This document shows positions 23,562 to 36,795 of a stretch of DNA of 64,000 nucleotides, one piece after another (the first letter of the stretch is position 1; every line of letters begins with the position of its first letter). The stretch covers positions 188,517-252,516 of the forward strand of contig QPGO01000075.1 in NCBI GenBank assembly GCA_008632985.1, written 5' to 3'. The translations under genes and the position numbers were made by a program. This stretch comes from Psammoneis japonica. Lineage: Eukaryota. The notes beneath the pieces were generated by a model. That model did not search any database and had not been told where the DNA came from. It saw only the letters and a program-made list of their open reading frames with translations.

Positions 23562-25892
23562 TTATACTTCACCGACGCATGGATTGATAACGCATTGGTC
23601 GCCTGATTCAAAAGATGGAAACGCTCCCCTTTGTTCGTACCCATAATACGATAAATCCTCGCTGCTAAATGTATCATCTGGGCCATCTCGTTCACAGTCA
23701 TCTCCTTCTCGCTCCGCCTCGTCGAAGCTTCCAACGTCCCGTCTCAAGTCATCAACTAATCCGTCATATTCTCGTTCGTCCAAGCCGCTATCCATATCGG
23801 CAGTCGCAGGCGAGAAGAAATCATGGGCGTGGTTTTGATTCGTCAATAAAATGGAACATGTCATGCTTCCAGCCTCAGCCTCGGCGACAGCCACGTGTCT
23901 GTCATTGTCAATAGGCAATGAGGAATGTAGGTTACTAATTGGAGGGGATACAGGTTGAATCTCCATGTTTTCATGGTCGTCTTCTGAAACAATCCGTGTA
24001 AGTGGAGCGACTTGGGGTAAATATTGGGTGAAACCACTGACCAATGAAGTGATATCTGCAAGAGGAAGAGACATTAGCTGAAGATAGGATCGTTTGATTT
24101 CCTCCGTCGCCAAAATAGACTCCTTGGACGAGGATTTGTCAAACTTCATGAGCTGGTCACACGCAATAGTCATCTTCTGCAAAAGTGTGGCAGCAATTTC
24201 AAGAGTTCGACAAAGCTTGGATGTCTGGTGGACGCCAAAAGGGACAATGGCTGCCGATTGCCTTGATGTAATGGTGGTAGCAAAGCTGACATTCGAAGTA
24301 TGAGGCGTATCGCACGATTCGGAAGGGAGTGAAAAGCGAGAGGTGTCGCCACCATGAACCGACTCGGGGCTTTCTGGAAAAGCCTCTTCAATTCCAAGCG
24401 AGCTTCGTAGCCATGACTTAGCCACCCAACGTGGAGATTGTTCATTCACAGCACTGTGTGGTGAAGAGAATGCAAATCGCGATCCTGTGAGGGGTATATA
24501 CAAGCACACAAAACACAAGAAGGGATTTTAAGCGACTTACAGCTCGTCAGTTGCCATGTGATTCGAATCATCGTCCTGTGCAATAGCCGTACAAACGATC
24601 GAGTTGAGAAACTCGAGTGCCTGACGTAAGTCACTATGGGTTTCCGCCATCTGCGGGATGTTGGTGGGAGACATGAAAAATTCTTCTTGATGGGCGACAT
24701 CCATTTCGCTTAAAAGGTTGGCAATTGCGTTTAGAAGTTGGGTTTGCTTCTCCCTGTCATACCCCACCAACAGTCCTTCTTGGTCCAAGGGAGTCTTGCA
24801 AAACATTCGATTCAAGGTCTCGTCGCCATTATGCTTCTCTTGCACGTCGGCCACCAAGTCGGTGTTGTCTTGTAGTCGCTTCACCAAATCCACAACTAAA
24901 TGCTCTTTGCGATGTCGTTGATTGAGTGCCTTTCGTTGAAGCAAGGCGTCGTCCATGGCGTCTTGTTCATCAGCACAGCTGTCGACTTCCATAATCGACT
25001 GGTCCTCGTTCATAGCCCACGTCCACCTTTCCGTGGGAGCCCCCGTCGTACTGTGACTCATACCACTGACATTTGTCATTTGATCCGTAGCGGAAACGAC
25101 GTACTCTTGGCGACTATCACTGTCATCTCGTTGTTCAGGACAGATTGAGTTGAAGTTGTAGGGTTGACTCTGTCGATTCGCTCCATCTTGCACGAGGCCC
25201 AATCGTGAAGAAAAGCTGAGATTGACGTCTCCAGCTTGAGGCGGAGCGCGTTCGTAGCTTTCGTCTTGGTACTGTTGATATTGTCTCCAAGTAGAAGGAG
25301 ACGGGTGGATAGAACTCGCATCGACTGTTGTTGAAGAGGCACTTGGTTCGCTCAAAAAGGATCGACGGGCCCTACTGGGAGTAATCACCTCGAGACTGTC
25401 TTCGAGTCTATGGTACACCATGTTGTCTCCGTCGCCACTTTCATTAAGCCAATCTCTTGGTGGCAATACTCCGACATCCGACAAACGCTGTTGCGCTACA
25501 AGAGCGCCCACGGCAGTCCTGGCACGACCGACACTCAACTCGGGAGACTCCGCCACCAGAGTCGCTGCGTTGCGAGTATACACAGATGTCGGGCTTGCGT
25601 GAGAAGGTAAAGCTGGATGACGAGATGGCAGCATATTGGGAGTGACGTATGGTGGCAAATCCAACTGAACTCGTAGGTCTTCAAGAGATGAACGTGGTCG
25701 GAGTCCTTCTGGAGTTCTTGGCGCCGACGTGGACGCTGTGACAAACGACTCTTCCTGAGCTACGGACCCTGACGAGTCTGCGCTTATTGCAGCGGATACG
25801 GCGGGAGGTGAGTTGTCATTGATAATCCCACTCTCCCGGATCGATTCCGAGGCATTTCGGCGTCGTAATGCGTAGGCCAAGAACGATGACAT
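23562..25892 (-). CDS. Hypothetical protein; intron 24454-24540
   Basis: Two long ORFs (451 and 318 aa) join in frame through a GTAAGT...CACAG intron; no motif recognised. Confidence 0.7.
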
Positions 25893-27097
25893 GGTTCAAG
25901 AGGAGAAACGAAAAAAGTGTGTGCAGCAGTGTTGTTTGTAAGAGAAGTGAAGCAGTTGTTCGTTTTGGAATGGTCTTTTGAAACCGATTTTCAAAAGGAG
26001 TGCGTGTTACCGATGATAGTTCCTCGGCAATACTCAAGAGCAGTACGAGGTGCGCTTGCGACTGTGTATTCGGTTGGGTCTCTGTTAGCGACAACACGTG
26101 CCGATCAGAAGTTTATGAAGGCAACATGATGTTTTTGACGCGCTGTGGCGGATTTGAATTCACCGTGGATTCTCCGTACGTAGCCACGGTACAAACGGTA
26201 AATCTCACTCTCGACAGTTCGCAGACATCATTGAATTGTATATGTCTTTTAATATTTTAAATAAACTGTCGTCGTGATTGAGACATTCAACGGATGAAAC
26301 GGGGTTCGTTTTTGCCGAACCGTGTCGCCAACAAAGACTCCATCATCTCACAAAGTCAAGACGGTGCACCTTTCAATCACGATCTTGGTCGTGAAGGGCG
26401 ATTGGCGACGATTGAATCCAAATACATCCTATTTCTATGGATGACATTTACCAGCGCTAGGAACCCAGGCCTGGGGTTGAGACAAGGGACCACTTTTTTG
26501 CCAACAGCATCAGTGCTTTGCTGGCTCTGGATTTGTTTGCAGCTTGAGCCTAACTCTTGGTAAGAAGAGTATCTGTTCAAGGAAGAATAGCCCTGTCACC
26601 TCCTGCCTCTTCCAGGTGCCCACAAACTGTGCTCGAAATGCCGAAAATCAACTCAAGAATGTGGGCAAAACTGCTGGGTCATCGTGTGTGGGCCAGAGCT
26701 CACACTAACAGTGTAACCATGAAACTTAAAATTTCAAATTATTTTAATAGATACTCGTACGTCAGTTGCTAGGGCTCTACGATTCATCATGAGAGCATAA
26801 AGTTAGTCCTATTTTCCATCTCTGTAGCAGCTTTTCAGTTGCAGTTTTTTGTTCGTGCTTTGGCTCCCACGGCGTCTGTGCGTCACTCCACCACGAATGA
26901 ACAGTGGCTTCCACAAGCTTCCTGCGCCGGAAAAGTACGACATTGTACGGCCAGTACTGTCCTACGAGGGATCTACGGCTATGAAAGGAAGGGCGGAAAA
27001 AAAAATGAGGGAACAAAAAGCATGCAGCATCATGCCACATAATTTTGGACTCGTCATCGCATCGTTCTTTCATTGTTTCTGCTAACTTCCAGCAGCA

Positions 27098-30000
27098 ATG
27101 GATCCTGTTGAAAGGAACAACTACCCCGTTGAAGGAGATGACTTTGGGGAGAAACTTGATGAGCAGAATGCTGATGCCGAAAAGACTTCGGCAGAGTCAG
27201 ATGAGGAGAATCTCATGACAGATGGCGGCATAAAAGAAACAGTTGAGTATGATGACGATGAAGCTGCTGATAAGGTGGAGGACCCGAGCGACGCTGATGA
27301 GCTGAATGGTTTTTGGCAGAGAATAGCGAAGCGAATGGCGAGGTACCCCAGGATCCATTTTTGGGTTGCTTTTATTACATCTTTGACGATTGGAGTTGTA
27401 GGAATGGTGGTTGGCGAATTCTCGGTCGCTGCAAACAATGCCGGGTGGCAGTCACGTGGTACGCTTATTGCTGATCGGGAGTCGCAGAACGTTCTTGTAA
27501 GGATAAACAGGTTCGAACTGTTTACTGGAGATGAGAGTGTGTGGGAGAATTTGATCAACAATGTCCAGCCGGGCTGGGAGACGGATGATGATGCAACTGA
27601 TGATGATTATGATCGCATGTTGCTTCCCAACAGTCGTGTGAATATCCCTGCGACGCCATCTTCTTGGCGTGATATAATTGAGCCCAGAGCTTCGCCACTG
27701 GCTGAAGAAATCAAGCAAGAGCAAAAGCTGCCCTTTCAAATGACGGACCGTGCGAGACGTCGCTTACAGGAACAGAACGACACAGACCTTCTCGACGGTT
27801 GTGATCTTGAATGGTAAGCGAGGTCGAGATCGTATCACGCCTTCATATTCTGATTATGAGTAGCTCATCCTTTCTCTCTTGATGGCGCTTGTATTTCACT
27901 AGGTATGGAACAGCTGCAATGGTGCAAGACACGCACCTGTGGTCAGTATGGAAGACGCAGGATTCGACAAGCACCGCACTCGATCCCGAGCTTGTCAAGG
28001 ATCTCTGTGAGGCTGAAGAAAAGACGCAAGAGCACTTAGCCAAGGAAGGTCTCTGTATCACTTGTAGCGGTGGCGGTTGTCTTCCCCCTTACGGGCTGGT
28101 CTTTTACGCACGGCTATCCGTCGACAATGGGTTCTCAATGAATTGCGACGATCTCGCTGATGCATGGGCGGATTTTCAATCCGTTACTGAAGCCGAATGG
28201 GTGCCGTGTGTCCAAGATGTGAAGGATGATTTTGATTCGGATTCGTCGCAGCAGGATCTGCCCGAATCTTGTCCATTCGGTTTCTTTCCATCTCTGCTTG
28301 ATGAATTCTATGATTCCACCGTCCGTGTGGGTTATTCGTCCTCCATTTTTGCAACCATCGACGACGTGGACAAGCTGTTTGATAAGGTCTCTGGCTATGA
28401 CCGTGGTACCAGTCGTATCAAAGGAGCCTATGACACGAACAATTTAGATTTCGTTCAGAAACAGGTCGACAAATCCCTTGGTAATGATATGGCTCTGGCG
28501 CTGGGATCCGCCGTTATTACAGCACTTGCGATGCTTGTGCATACCCGATCTCCTTTCTTGACTCTCATTGGAATCATCCAGATCATTTTGAGTTTTCCCT
28601 TGGCCTACTTTGTATACACCTTTATTGCGAGATTGGAGTTCTTCCCTTTTCTCAATTTTATTGGGGTCTTTGTGGTGTTCGCCCTTGGAGCTGATGATGT
28701 GTTTGTAGCGGTTGACAAATGGAAGAACGTTCGACTCGATCATTGGGATAAGTCAACGGAGTATGTCGCTGCAAAGGCCCTGCCTGATGCAGGAGGTGCG
28801 ATGTTTCTCACCACAATAACTACTGCTGTGGTAAGTCTCTCTCTATCGTTTGGCGGCTTCTTGCATCTCCTGCCCTCGAATCTCAGTTCACTTGTCCTTT
28901 CGTGCGACTTGCTTGGGTCGAGTAGGCTTTCTTTGGAACAGCGATTTGTCCCGTTGCTCCTATCCTCTGTTTTGCCGTGTTTTGTGGACTCTTGATTGTC
29001 TTCGACTACGTCATGTGCGTAGTACTGGTCTTCCCCGCCCTTTGCATGTATGACCGAACCAGGGAGGAAAAGAAATGCTGCATGCGCTGCCATTGTTGTC
29101 ACAAGTTTGAAGCATCGGGTCCCCATGGTGCCGAAGACGACGAGAGGCCAAGTTTGATTCGCCGAATTTTACTGAAGTTCTATGAGATTCTCCATCGGTT
29201 CCGATGGGTCTCCTTTATTATTTGCATGGCTGGGTTGGGAGTTTCAGCGTACTTTGCATCGACGTTGCAGCTTCCCGAATCGTCTTCGGTCCGATTGTTG
29301 GATGCGAACAAATTTCAATACGAGCGAAACTACGAGTGGCGCTCGAACCTGCTCTACAACGTCCTTGTGAAGCAAGCAGGCAGTCAAGCGTACGTCATGT
29401 GGGGAACCAAAGCTGCTGACACCGGTAACGTCAACAACCCCGATTCATTTACGCAGCTCGTTCTGGACGATACATTTGAACCGTCTGAAGAAGACGTGCA
29501 AGTGTACATGCAAGGATTTTGTGACAAGCTGTTCGCGCAAGATTTTGCGACTAAGATTTCTCCCGATTACGTGTGCCCAATCAACGAGTTCGACTCGTGG
29601 TTGCAAGAACAGTCTCAGTCTACGAATCCTGACCGTGACTACACAGCAAACTGTGGTGGAGCGAGCGGTCTGCCTGTCGAGCAAAGTAATTTTAATGCTT
29701 GCATTATGTCATGGAGTCGACAAAAAGAGTTCGTTCCAGTACTCCCTCAAGGCGACGTTGTGAAGATAATGTATGTACCCTTCAGCAGCAAGGTGCGATT
29801 CGACAGTCCTTACGATGACCTAGATGATGAGTGGCACGAAATTGAAAGGTGGATGGACAATGAAAAGGTTGATGCGCCGAGCGGAGTCGGAGATTTCTTT
29901 CACACGTCGGTAAGTTGATTTTGACCACTCTTGTTTTGCTAGAGGTACCGAAGGAGTTTTCTAAGCAAGTTCGTTTTGATTTTGACATTCTCAACAATTC

Positions 30001-30840
30001 AGGAGGATTTCTGGTGGTATGACACTAACGGGCAAATGCTTAAGACTGCATATGGTGCAGCTGCTATTGCTTTGGCGATGGCAGGTGTTGTGATTTTGTT
30101 CTCTTCTCGCTCCGTTATGTTGACGATCTTCTCTGTTGTTACCATTGGGTTTATTCTGGTTGCCGTAACTGCTTGCCTAGTCGGATTTGAGTGGACGCTT
30201 GGGTTGTAAGTTCCTCTGATTTCGCCTCTGTGTGTGTGTGTGTGTGTGTGTGTACATGATGTGCATCTGGGCGTGTTCTGACGTTAGTTTCCGGTCCTCA
30301 CATGCTTGCTTTTCCAGTTTGGAGTCCGTGTGCTTCGCTATTTTGATTGGTATCAGTTGTGACTTTGTTATTCACTTCGCTCATGCGTACGCAGCTTTGC
30401 CTGGAATACATTCTCGCGGAGAACGCACAAAGCATGCCCTTATTCTAATGGGCCCCTCAATTCTCGCCGCGGCGTTCACAACGATTGCTGCTGCGATTGT
30501 CATGTTGTTTACTGTAATCAGCTTCTTTGAGAAGTTCGCCACTATCCTGTTCCTCACCGTTGTCCTCTCAACTGTGGGTTCGTTCATTGTATTCATCACT
30601 TTGGCTGACTGTATCGGCCCTACAAATCCAACTTTCTTAATGGATTTGATGATTGCAAAATGCATGAAGTGCTGCAGAAAAAAGAGCGTGACTGACAAAG
30701 AAGACGCAACTAGAGAGCATGGCGAGTTGAGCGAAGAGGATCCTTCCGCTTCCGAGGAGGAACGACCTGGTGACTTCCAAGAGCCGAGTGCATCTAGGAG
30801 AATGTTGGTGAAGGCGGTTTCTTCCATGACCGCGAAATAG
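27098..30840 (+). CDS. Patched/Dispatched-like (RND, sterol-sensing domain) membrane protein; introns 27814-27902, 28831-28925, 29910-30002, 30206-30317
   Basis: ALGADDVFV and GISCDFVIH motifs, two transmembrane bundles; four GT-AG introns keep the frame. Confidence 0.92.
30228..30253. repeat. (TG)n microsatellite in an intron
   Basis: Direct reading of the sequence. Confidence 0.9.
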
Positions 30841-32279
30841 CATGATTCTCCAGAAGATTTCGTTCGCCACCGAAGCAGCCAAACTAACCTTTTGTAAATA
30901 ATAGGTTTGATTTTTCTTCATTTCCTCTTCGTAACTTTCTAATGCATGGAATGGACAGCGCGTCATGAGGTCGGGAGGACGGTACCTGTCATGGCGAGGA
31001 GCTTCTAGCTAGCAAATCGATTTGGTCGAGGTGTTGAGCTTCTAAGAGGTTGTCGATCGATCGAGTGATGAGGTGTGACAGTGACTTGTCGAAAAGTGGT
31101 GCATTTGCGTGTCACCTGGCACACTTAAGTGTGGACAAACATTAAGACAAAATTGGGGATCGAAGCATCCAGCTGCGAATGTTCCCTCTTGTGCCAGTGG
31201 GGGCTCTGCGTGCATCAGTGCTGTAAGAGAATGAGCGGCGGGAGGGCTGCAGCACAAAAAAAAGAGTTTGTGGTTTGTGGTGGCCGTACAAAAATTCAAG
31301 GGCAGGGCACATTCACAGACATCCAGCACTGATGCACAACATTTGCACACTGACATGCTGTCATTGATGTTGTGTCTGCAGACTTTACAGAGCTTTGGTT
31401 GGGTTTGGCTTTGTTGGTGGCAACTTTGAACAACAATGTTGTGAAACAACCGCAGCACATGTGTGCTTGGCATGGAGTGAGATGCACTTGTGCAACAACT
31501 GCTGAAGCAGTGCTGTCAACCATCATGACATCATGTCCACTGTTTTGAGTGTGACAGGTGGAAATCAAGCCAAGGAAAACCAAGTGCAGCATGCTTTGTG
31601 GCAAGAATTTGATGAGAACAAAGTGGGGGGGGGGGGGGGCAGCTGGAGCAGGAGGCAAGAGATTCTTGCACTGGTTGCCTCAAAATGGACAGACACATGG
31701 AGGCGCCAACACAGCAAAAGAAAGGAAAATGGCATGTGAGCAAGATCAAAATTTAGAAGGTTCTCTGGGGCCATTGAGAGGCAGAACAATGGTTGAGAGA
31801 GCATGGCACAGGGGCCAGATTTTGTGGGTCTTTCCTCTGAAGAAGTGTGCTTCAGGTGCTCCATCTTTTCAAATTTCTGGCTCTGGGAATGGTGCTGGAT
31901 TTTCAATGTTGTGGGATGATGGCTTCACAAGAGTGACATTGGTGGATTGTTTTGCTTTGGTCACACATCAGGCCCACCCCTGACCACAGGGGGGCACAGA
32001 ACTGTGGGTGATGTGGCAGCCCATTTTTGCCCAATGAGGGCAGATTTTACACACAGCACTGTGTCCAGTTCCATGGGCACATCTCTTTTGCAGACACTGA
32101 CTTTTCTTGTGCTTTCAGTGAGAAATGATTTTTGCAATCTAAGTTGCTCATGTGTCATGTGAGTTGATGCAACCAAAATGGACAAAACAACAAAGCATGC
32201 TCTGGTCGAACTCAAAGATTTCACATCAATTCATTTGACCCCAAATGGAGCATGTGAGGTGCACAGCTCATGATCTCTT

Positions 32280-33400
32280 TTTTAAACAGCAGAGCAGCTG
32301 CAGCAGACAGAAGCAACACACTGCTGAAATGTTGGAGCTTAAATCACAACAAAACCAAGAAGCAAAAAGGCTGAGCTCTGGCTGGCTTCAATGCAACTTC
32401 AGCATGTGTGGCTGCCCTCATGGCCAGCCATCATGAGGTCACAAACACCAGCCATCACAATGTCATTTCAGCTCCACATTTGGCATTTGTGCCTGTGCTG
32501 GTCTCATTGTGCCAGCAGCTGGCTCTGTTTGTTGGGGCACCAGGAAGCAGTCATTTGCACAGTCTGCAGAGGACAAATGGAGACATGTTTTGGCAAAAAT
32601 GAGCTTGAGGCATGCCGCATTGTGCCCTCTTGCATGCATCACAAGTCATCCCAAATTGCAGAAATGACAAGCTTTGGGTCAATGGACTTGGCCCACAGAC
32701 TCAGCCTTGGGCCTGTGAACACTCAGGTCATGGTGCTGCACTCTGTCTTGTCTTTGGCCTCTGCAAACTCTTGGCTTCTGCTTCTCTCAGACAACAAGAA
32801 CAGCAAACATCTTCAAAGGGAAAACCACTCAATTGTTGACCATCATCATCATGTGCCTGTCAATTTTCTGCTGCCCCCTGACAAAAAAATGTTTTGAGCA
32901 AAAACCTTGCTTGGCTGCACGTGCATCTGCAGAGGAGTGCTGTCATTTGCTTGCTTGGAAGCTGTGTGCTGGCCCATTTGACTCTCACACAAGGAGGTGA
33001 TGCTGGCTCAAAATCTGCTGCATGCAAAAGTTGTGCAGGGCTTTGGTTGCTTGAAATCAAAAAATGACAGCAAACAAGTGTGAACTCTTTTCATGCAATG
33101 AAAATTGTGGAGCTGGACATCTCAGGTGGCATCACCCCATGCACGCACTTGCTGCTTGTCCCTTTTGGGGGCTGACAGGTGTGCATCTGCAAGATCATTG
33201 ATGCCAACTCTCTTGAGCAAGAACAGCACATCTGCTTTTGCACCAGTGCAGCATGTGGACAGCTTCTCAGTGCAAGCTGTGACATTTTCTTCAAATGTGG
33301 TGCAACTCACACAAAGTGCAACTCAGCCAGCTCTCTGCAAAGCCGAGGTGTGCAAAACAACTTTGTGAAGAATGCTCACAGAAAAGTGTGCATGGCTTTT
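32280..33400 (+). repeat. Dispersed repeat, copy 1 (copy 2 at ~62780-63850)
   Basis: Collinear blocks cagcagagcagc...cagacagaa, ctcagccttggg, tgcctgt.aattttctg, ctcaaaatctg, gggctttggttg, cccttttg.gggctg. Confidence 0.75.
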
Positions 33401-33519
33401 GTGCAACGCATGAAAAAAATTGCTCCATTGCAGCTCAGCACTGCAAGACCCTGCCCAGAGCTGGAACAATGTCAGGAGAAGCAGCCGATCCTTCTGAGCC
33501 ACAGCCTCTGCACCACTGG

Positions 33520-33800
33520 TGACCAGCCAGATGATGCCACTTGAGACTGGCCAGATGACACCACTTGAGACCAGCTCTCTGGGTGATGCCAATTGAGGCC
33601 AGACATGCACTGATTGAGAGGACACACCACTTGAGACTGGCTGGATGATGCCGCTTGAGACCAGATGTTTGCCACCACTTGAGATGACACGCCACTTGAG
33701 ACTGGCTGGACAACGCCATTCAACACTGGCGCTGGGCAATGCCAGCTGCTTGATGCCAGCCAGATGACACCATTTGAGACCAGATGTTTGCTGCTGGAGA
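33520..33800. repeat. Irregular minisatellite built on gatgacaccacttgagac(c/t)
   Basis: The core (cca)cttgagac recurs several times with variable, related spacing sequence. Confidence 0.8.
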
Positions 33801-36593
33801 CAACACCATGATCAACAATGCATGTGTCATCTTCTTTCTTGCTTGCTTGCTTTCTTCCCTTTTCTAGAGCAAAAATTGCAAGAATGATCAATGGCTTCAA
33901 GACTGACATGTTCATGGAATGAAGAAAGAAAAGTGGGTGGGCACCAAACAACCAAGGTGGAGTTGCCCAAAGCAGGTGCTGGCAGTGCCTGCTGGGTTCT
34001 TGAAGAGTGCAGCACAGTGGTGGCAATCATGACAATGGCACTCATCAGGCAGGTCACCTTTTCTTTTGCTCTGATGGAAAGAGTTGGAGCTTCCAGTTTT
34101 CACCACAATCAGGGGGCTCTGTGATCTTCAATCTGTCAAGCACAAACCAAAACTGAAATGAGAAAGTTGTGAGAACTGAGTCTGAGTCACAGCAAAATCA
34201 CAGGAAGAAGCTTTCAGCCAATTTTGGATTTCTCTCACCCATCTTTTCATGGATGCACTCATGAGAAAGAAGTGTGTCATGTCACACAATGGCACTTCTG
34301 GTGGGAAAGGTTTGGCAGCAAAATGGAGCATTGGTTCTTGTTGCTGTGCAAGTTGTGAGAATCAGGTGAGAACTGCCACAAAATTGCAGGAAGGATTTTC
34401 CACCCATTTTGGGTTTTCTCTCACCTCTCTTTTAAGTGGTGCACTCATCAGAGAAAAGTGCAGAATGTCATGCGTGCACATTTTTTGCAGGAAAAGTTTT
34501 GTTGACAAAATCAAGCAGCAGCTGTTGCTGCCGCCATGGTTGTTTTTTGAGATGTGTCAGGGGCCAAAGGGTGCTCAGACAGTCATCAGCACAAAGGCAC
34601 ACAGAAAGCTCAAGGAACACCATCAAAAAAGTCTTGGCACTGTTTCACCACACACCATTGTTGGGCTGGATAAAGGACATGTGTCAGCCGAAACCAAGCG
34701 GAAACATCATGGTGTTGCTGCATTCCAACATCAAACGGGAATCATTGGTCTTGATCAATTTGGTTGCTTTTTGATGCTTTGATGGATGTTTGTGTGGGTC
34801 AGGAAAGTTCACATTGTTTCCCATGCACCACACTTTGTCTTTTTGTCTTTCTCAAATGTGTCTTTTTACAAACAAAAATGCAGCAGCTGCAATGGATCCA
34901 CACCTGCTCAGCACCCCTGCTCTGTGGCAAGCATTGCATCCACTGCTGATTGCAACAAGAGCCAGCTGATCTGTTGGTTGATCAACGAGACCTGCCTTGG
35001 CACTGATGTGAGTGTGTTCAGAATTTTGTGTTGCAACATTCTCTTTGGAGAGCCTCCTCAGGGTTCAGGACTGTGGCCAGTCACTCTTGTTGTCCCGGTT
35101 CCTTGCCCTCTTTTGGATGCTGTTTGGCTGTCATGTCATTGAATGGTGCATGTCAGCAGGCTGCATGTTTGGGCACAATGGTCAATCCATCAGCATTGTT
35201 GGGAAACCCAGAGAACAGCTGTCAATCCAAAGTGCTCTCCAGCATCCATTGAAGCTCCCTGGAGAATCAGAGTGACAGGTGTGCCACCTGAGATTGCTTC
35301 CAGTTGCACAAAATTCAGAACACAGATCCACCAACTTTCCACAAAGGACTCATCATCATCTTTTGTCTTCCATGCAAAGCATCCCGCAACCACCATGGGG
35401 ATCACTGACAAAAGGATCATTGGGCAACAAGGAAGGTGGCAGGGTTGTTGGTCTGACACTCTCCAACAGCCTTGTGCTGAGTGATGCTGTCAGTCTCACA
35501 ACAAACTCAATCAAGAGGGTCAATCATGGTCCAGAGGACAAGAACCACAATCATCACAACAAAAGAAATGTGCTGGCCCCACCACTTGTTGAAGTTTGAC
35601 CCTGCGACTGTTGAGTTGAAGGACTTTGTGTGCCTGCATCATCTTGTCAAACAAATCTCCATGTGCCATCATGTGTCTCAGCACAACAAGCCCCAGAGTT
35701 GCCATGCATGCCTTTCTGGGTTGGCTTTCATTCCAGCCAGCCTGCTCCTTTGTCAAAGGAGATGGTGAGTGTTGCTGAGGCTGTTGACAAGGAATCAAAA
35801 AGATCAGGCAAAGGAGGAGTGGTGGCTGTGAGGTCGTGATGACATGGTGACATCTTCAAAGAAAGCCAAACAAGCCTGAAACAGTCCCAGCTGCTGCTGC
35901 AATTAACATGAGAGACAAGCCCATGGCACTGAGAAGGCACTCAGACAGCTCTGCACCGTTGGCATGCACGAAAGGAGGCTCAGCACCTGAAGACAGGCTC
36001 CAGTCCCAGGTGGGACTCATGTGACATTGGGCCTGCAGATCTCCACGTGCGAGCTCTGCAGTGCGAGAATTTAATTGATGGGTGCATTTGCCTTTGACAT
36101 CAAACAAACGACCAAGTTTGCAGTGCACATGCACCTGTCCACACTCAAAGTTTTTGAACAACCACCTGCCCCACACCATTCTAAGGCATTTGAGATTGGC
36201 GCAGAAGAAAAAAAGATTGTCAAAAGTTGTTGAATGGGGATGGCCCAACAACTGCACTGGAAAATGATGCAAAGTTCTACCAAAGTCATGCAGCCATCTG
36301 TGCACACAACATGCGGCACGATCCAAAAAACTTTTGATGTCACAGTTCAGTGGCACGAGGTCCAACCTGGAGCTGGAGCTTGTCCAAAGCACAATTCCAT
36401 CAGTCACCTTGGTTTTTCCAGATGGGCAAAAGGCAGTTGATGATGGTTGCATTTCCTTGCCATTGACAAACATTCCATGCGGCCCACAACAACATCCTTT
36501 CTTGCTGAGCTCCCTTTGAATGGCTTGCTAATGACTGCCCCCGACACTTTTCTGTCTTCCACTTGAGCTTGGCAAGCTCTGAGTCCTGGAGCC

Positions 36594-36795
36594 AGGACTG
36601 CATTGCACATGAAACCTGGAACAATGGTGCCACACAATGTCAAAGGTGTGAGAGTCAAGAGTGCCAACACAAATGGCCAAAAGTGACTTTGAAGAGGACT
36701 GCATTGCACATGAAACCTGGAACAATGGCGCCACACAATGTCAAAGGTGTGAGAGTCAAGAGTGCCAACACAAATGGCCAAAAGTGACTTTGAAG
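36594..36795 (+). repeat. Near-perfect 101-bp tandem duplication
   Basis: aggactgcattgcacatgaaacc...gtgactttgaag at 36594-36694 and 36695-36795; I see one difference (ggtgcc versus ggcgcc). Confidence 0.92.

Noticed and set aside
33520..33800. Short repeats with variable spacing, superficially CRISPR-like
   Set aside because: Repeats are degenerate, spacers are related to each other, there are no cas genes and the context is eukaryotic.
35190..35459. LEAISGGTPV resembling a glycosyltransferase motif
   Set aside because: Single short motif in heavily decayed sequence with no supporting frame.
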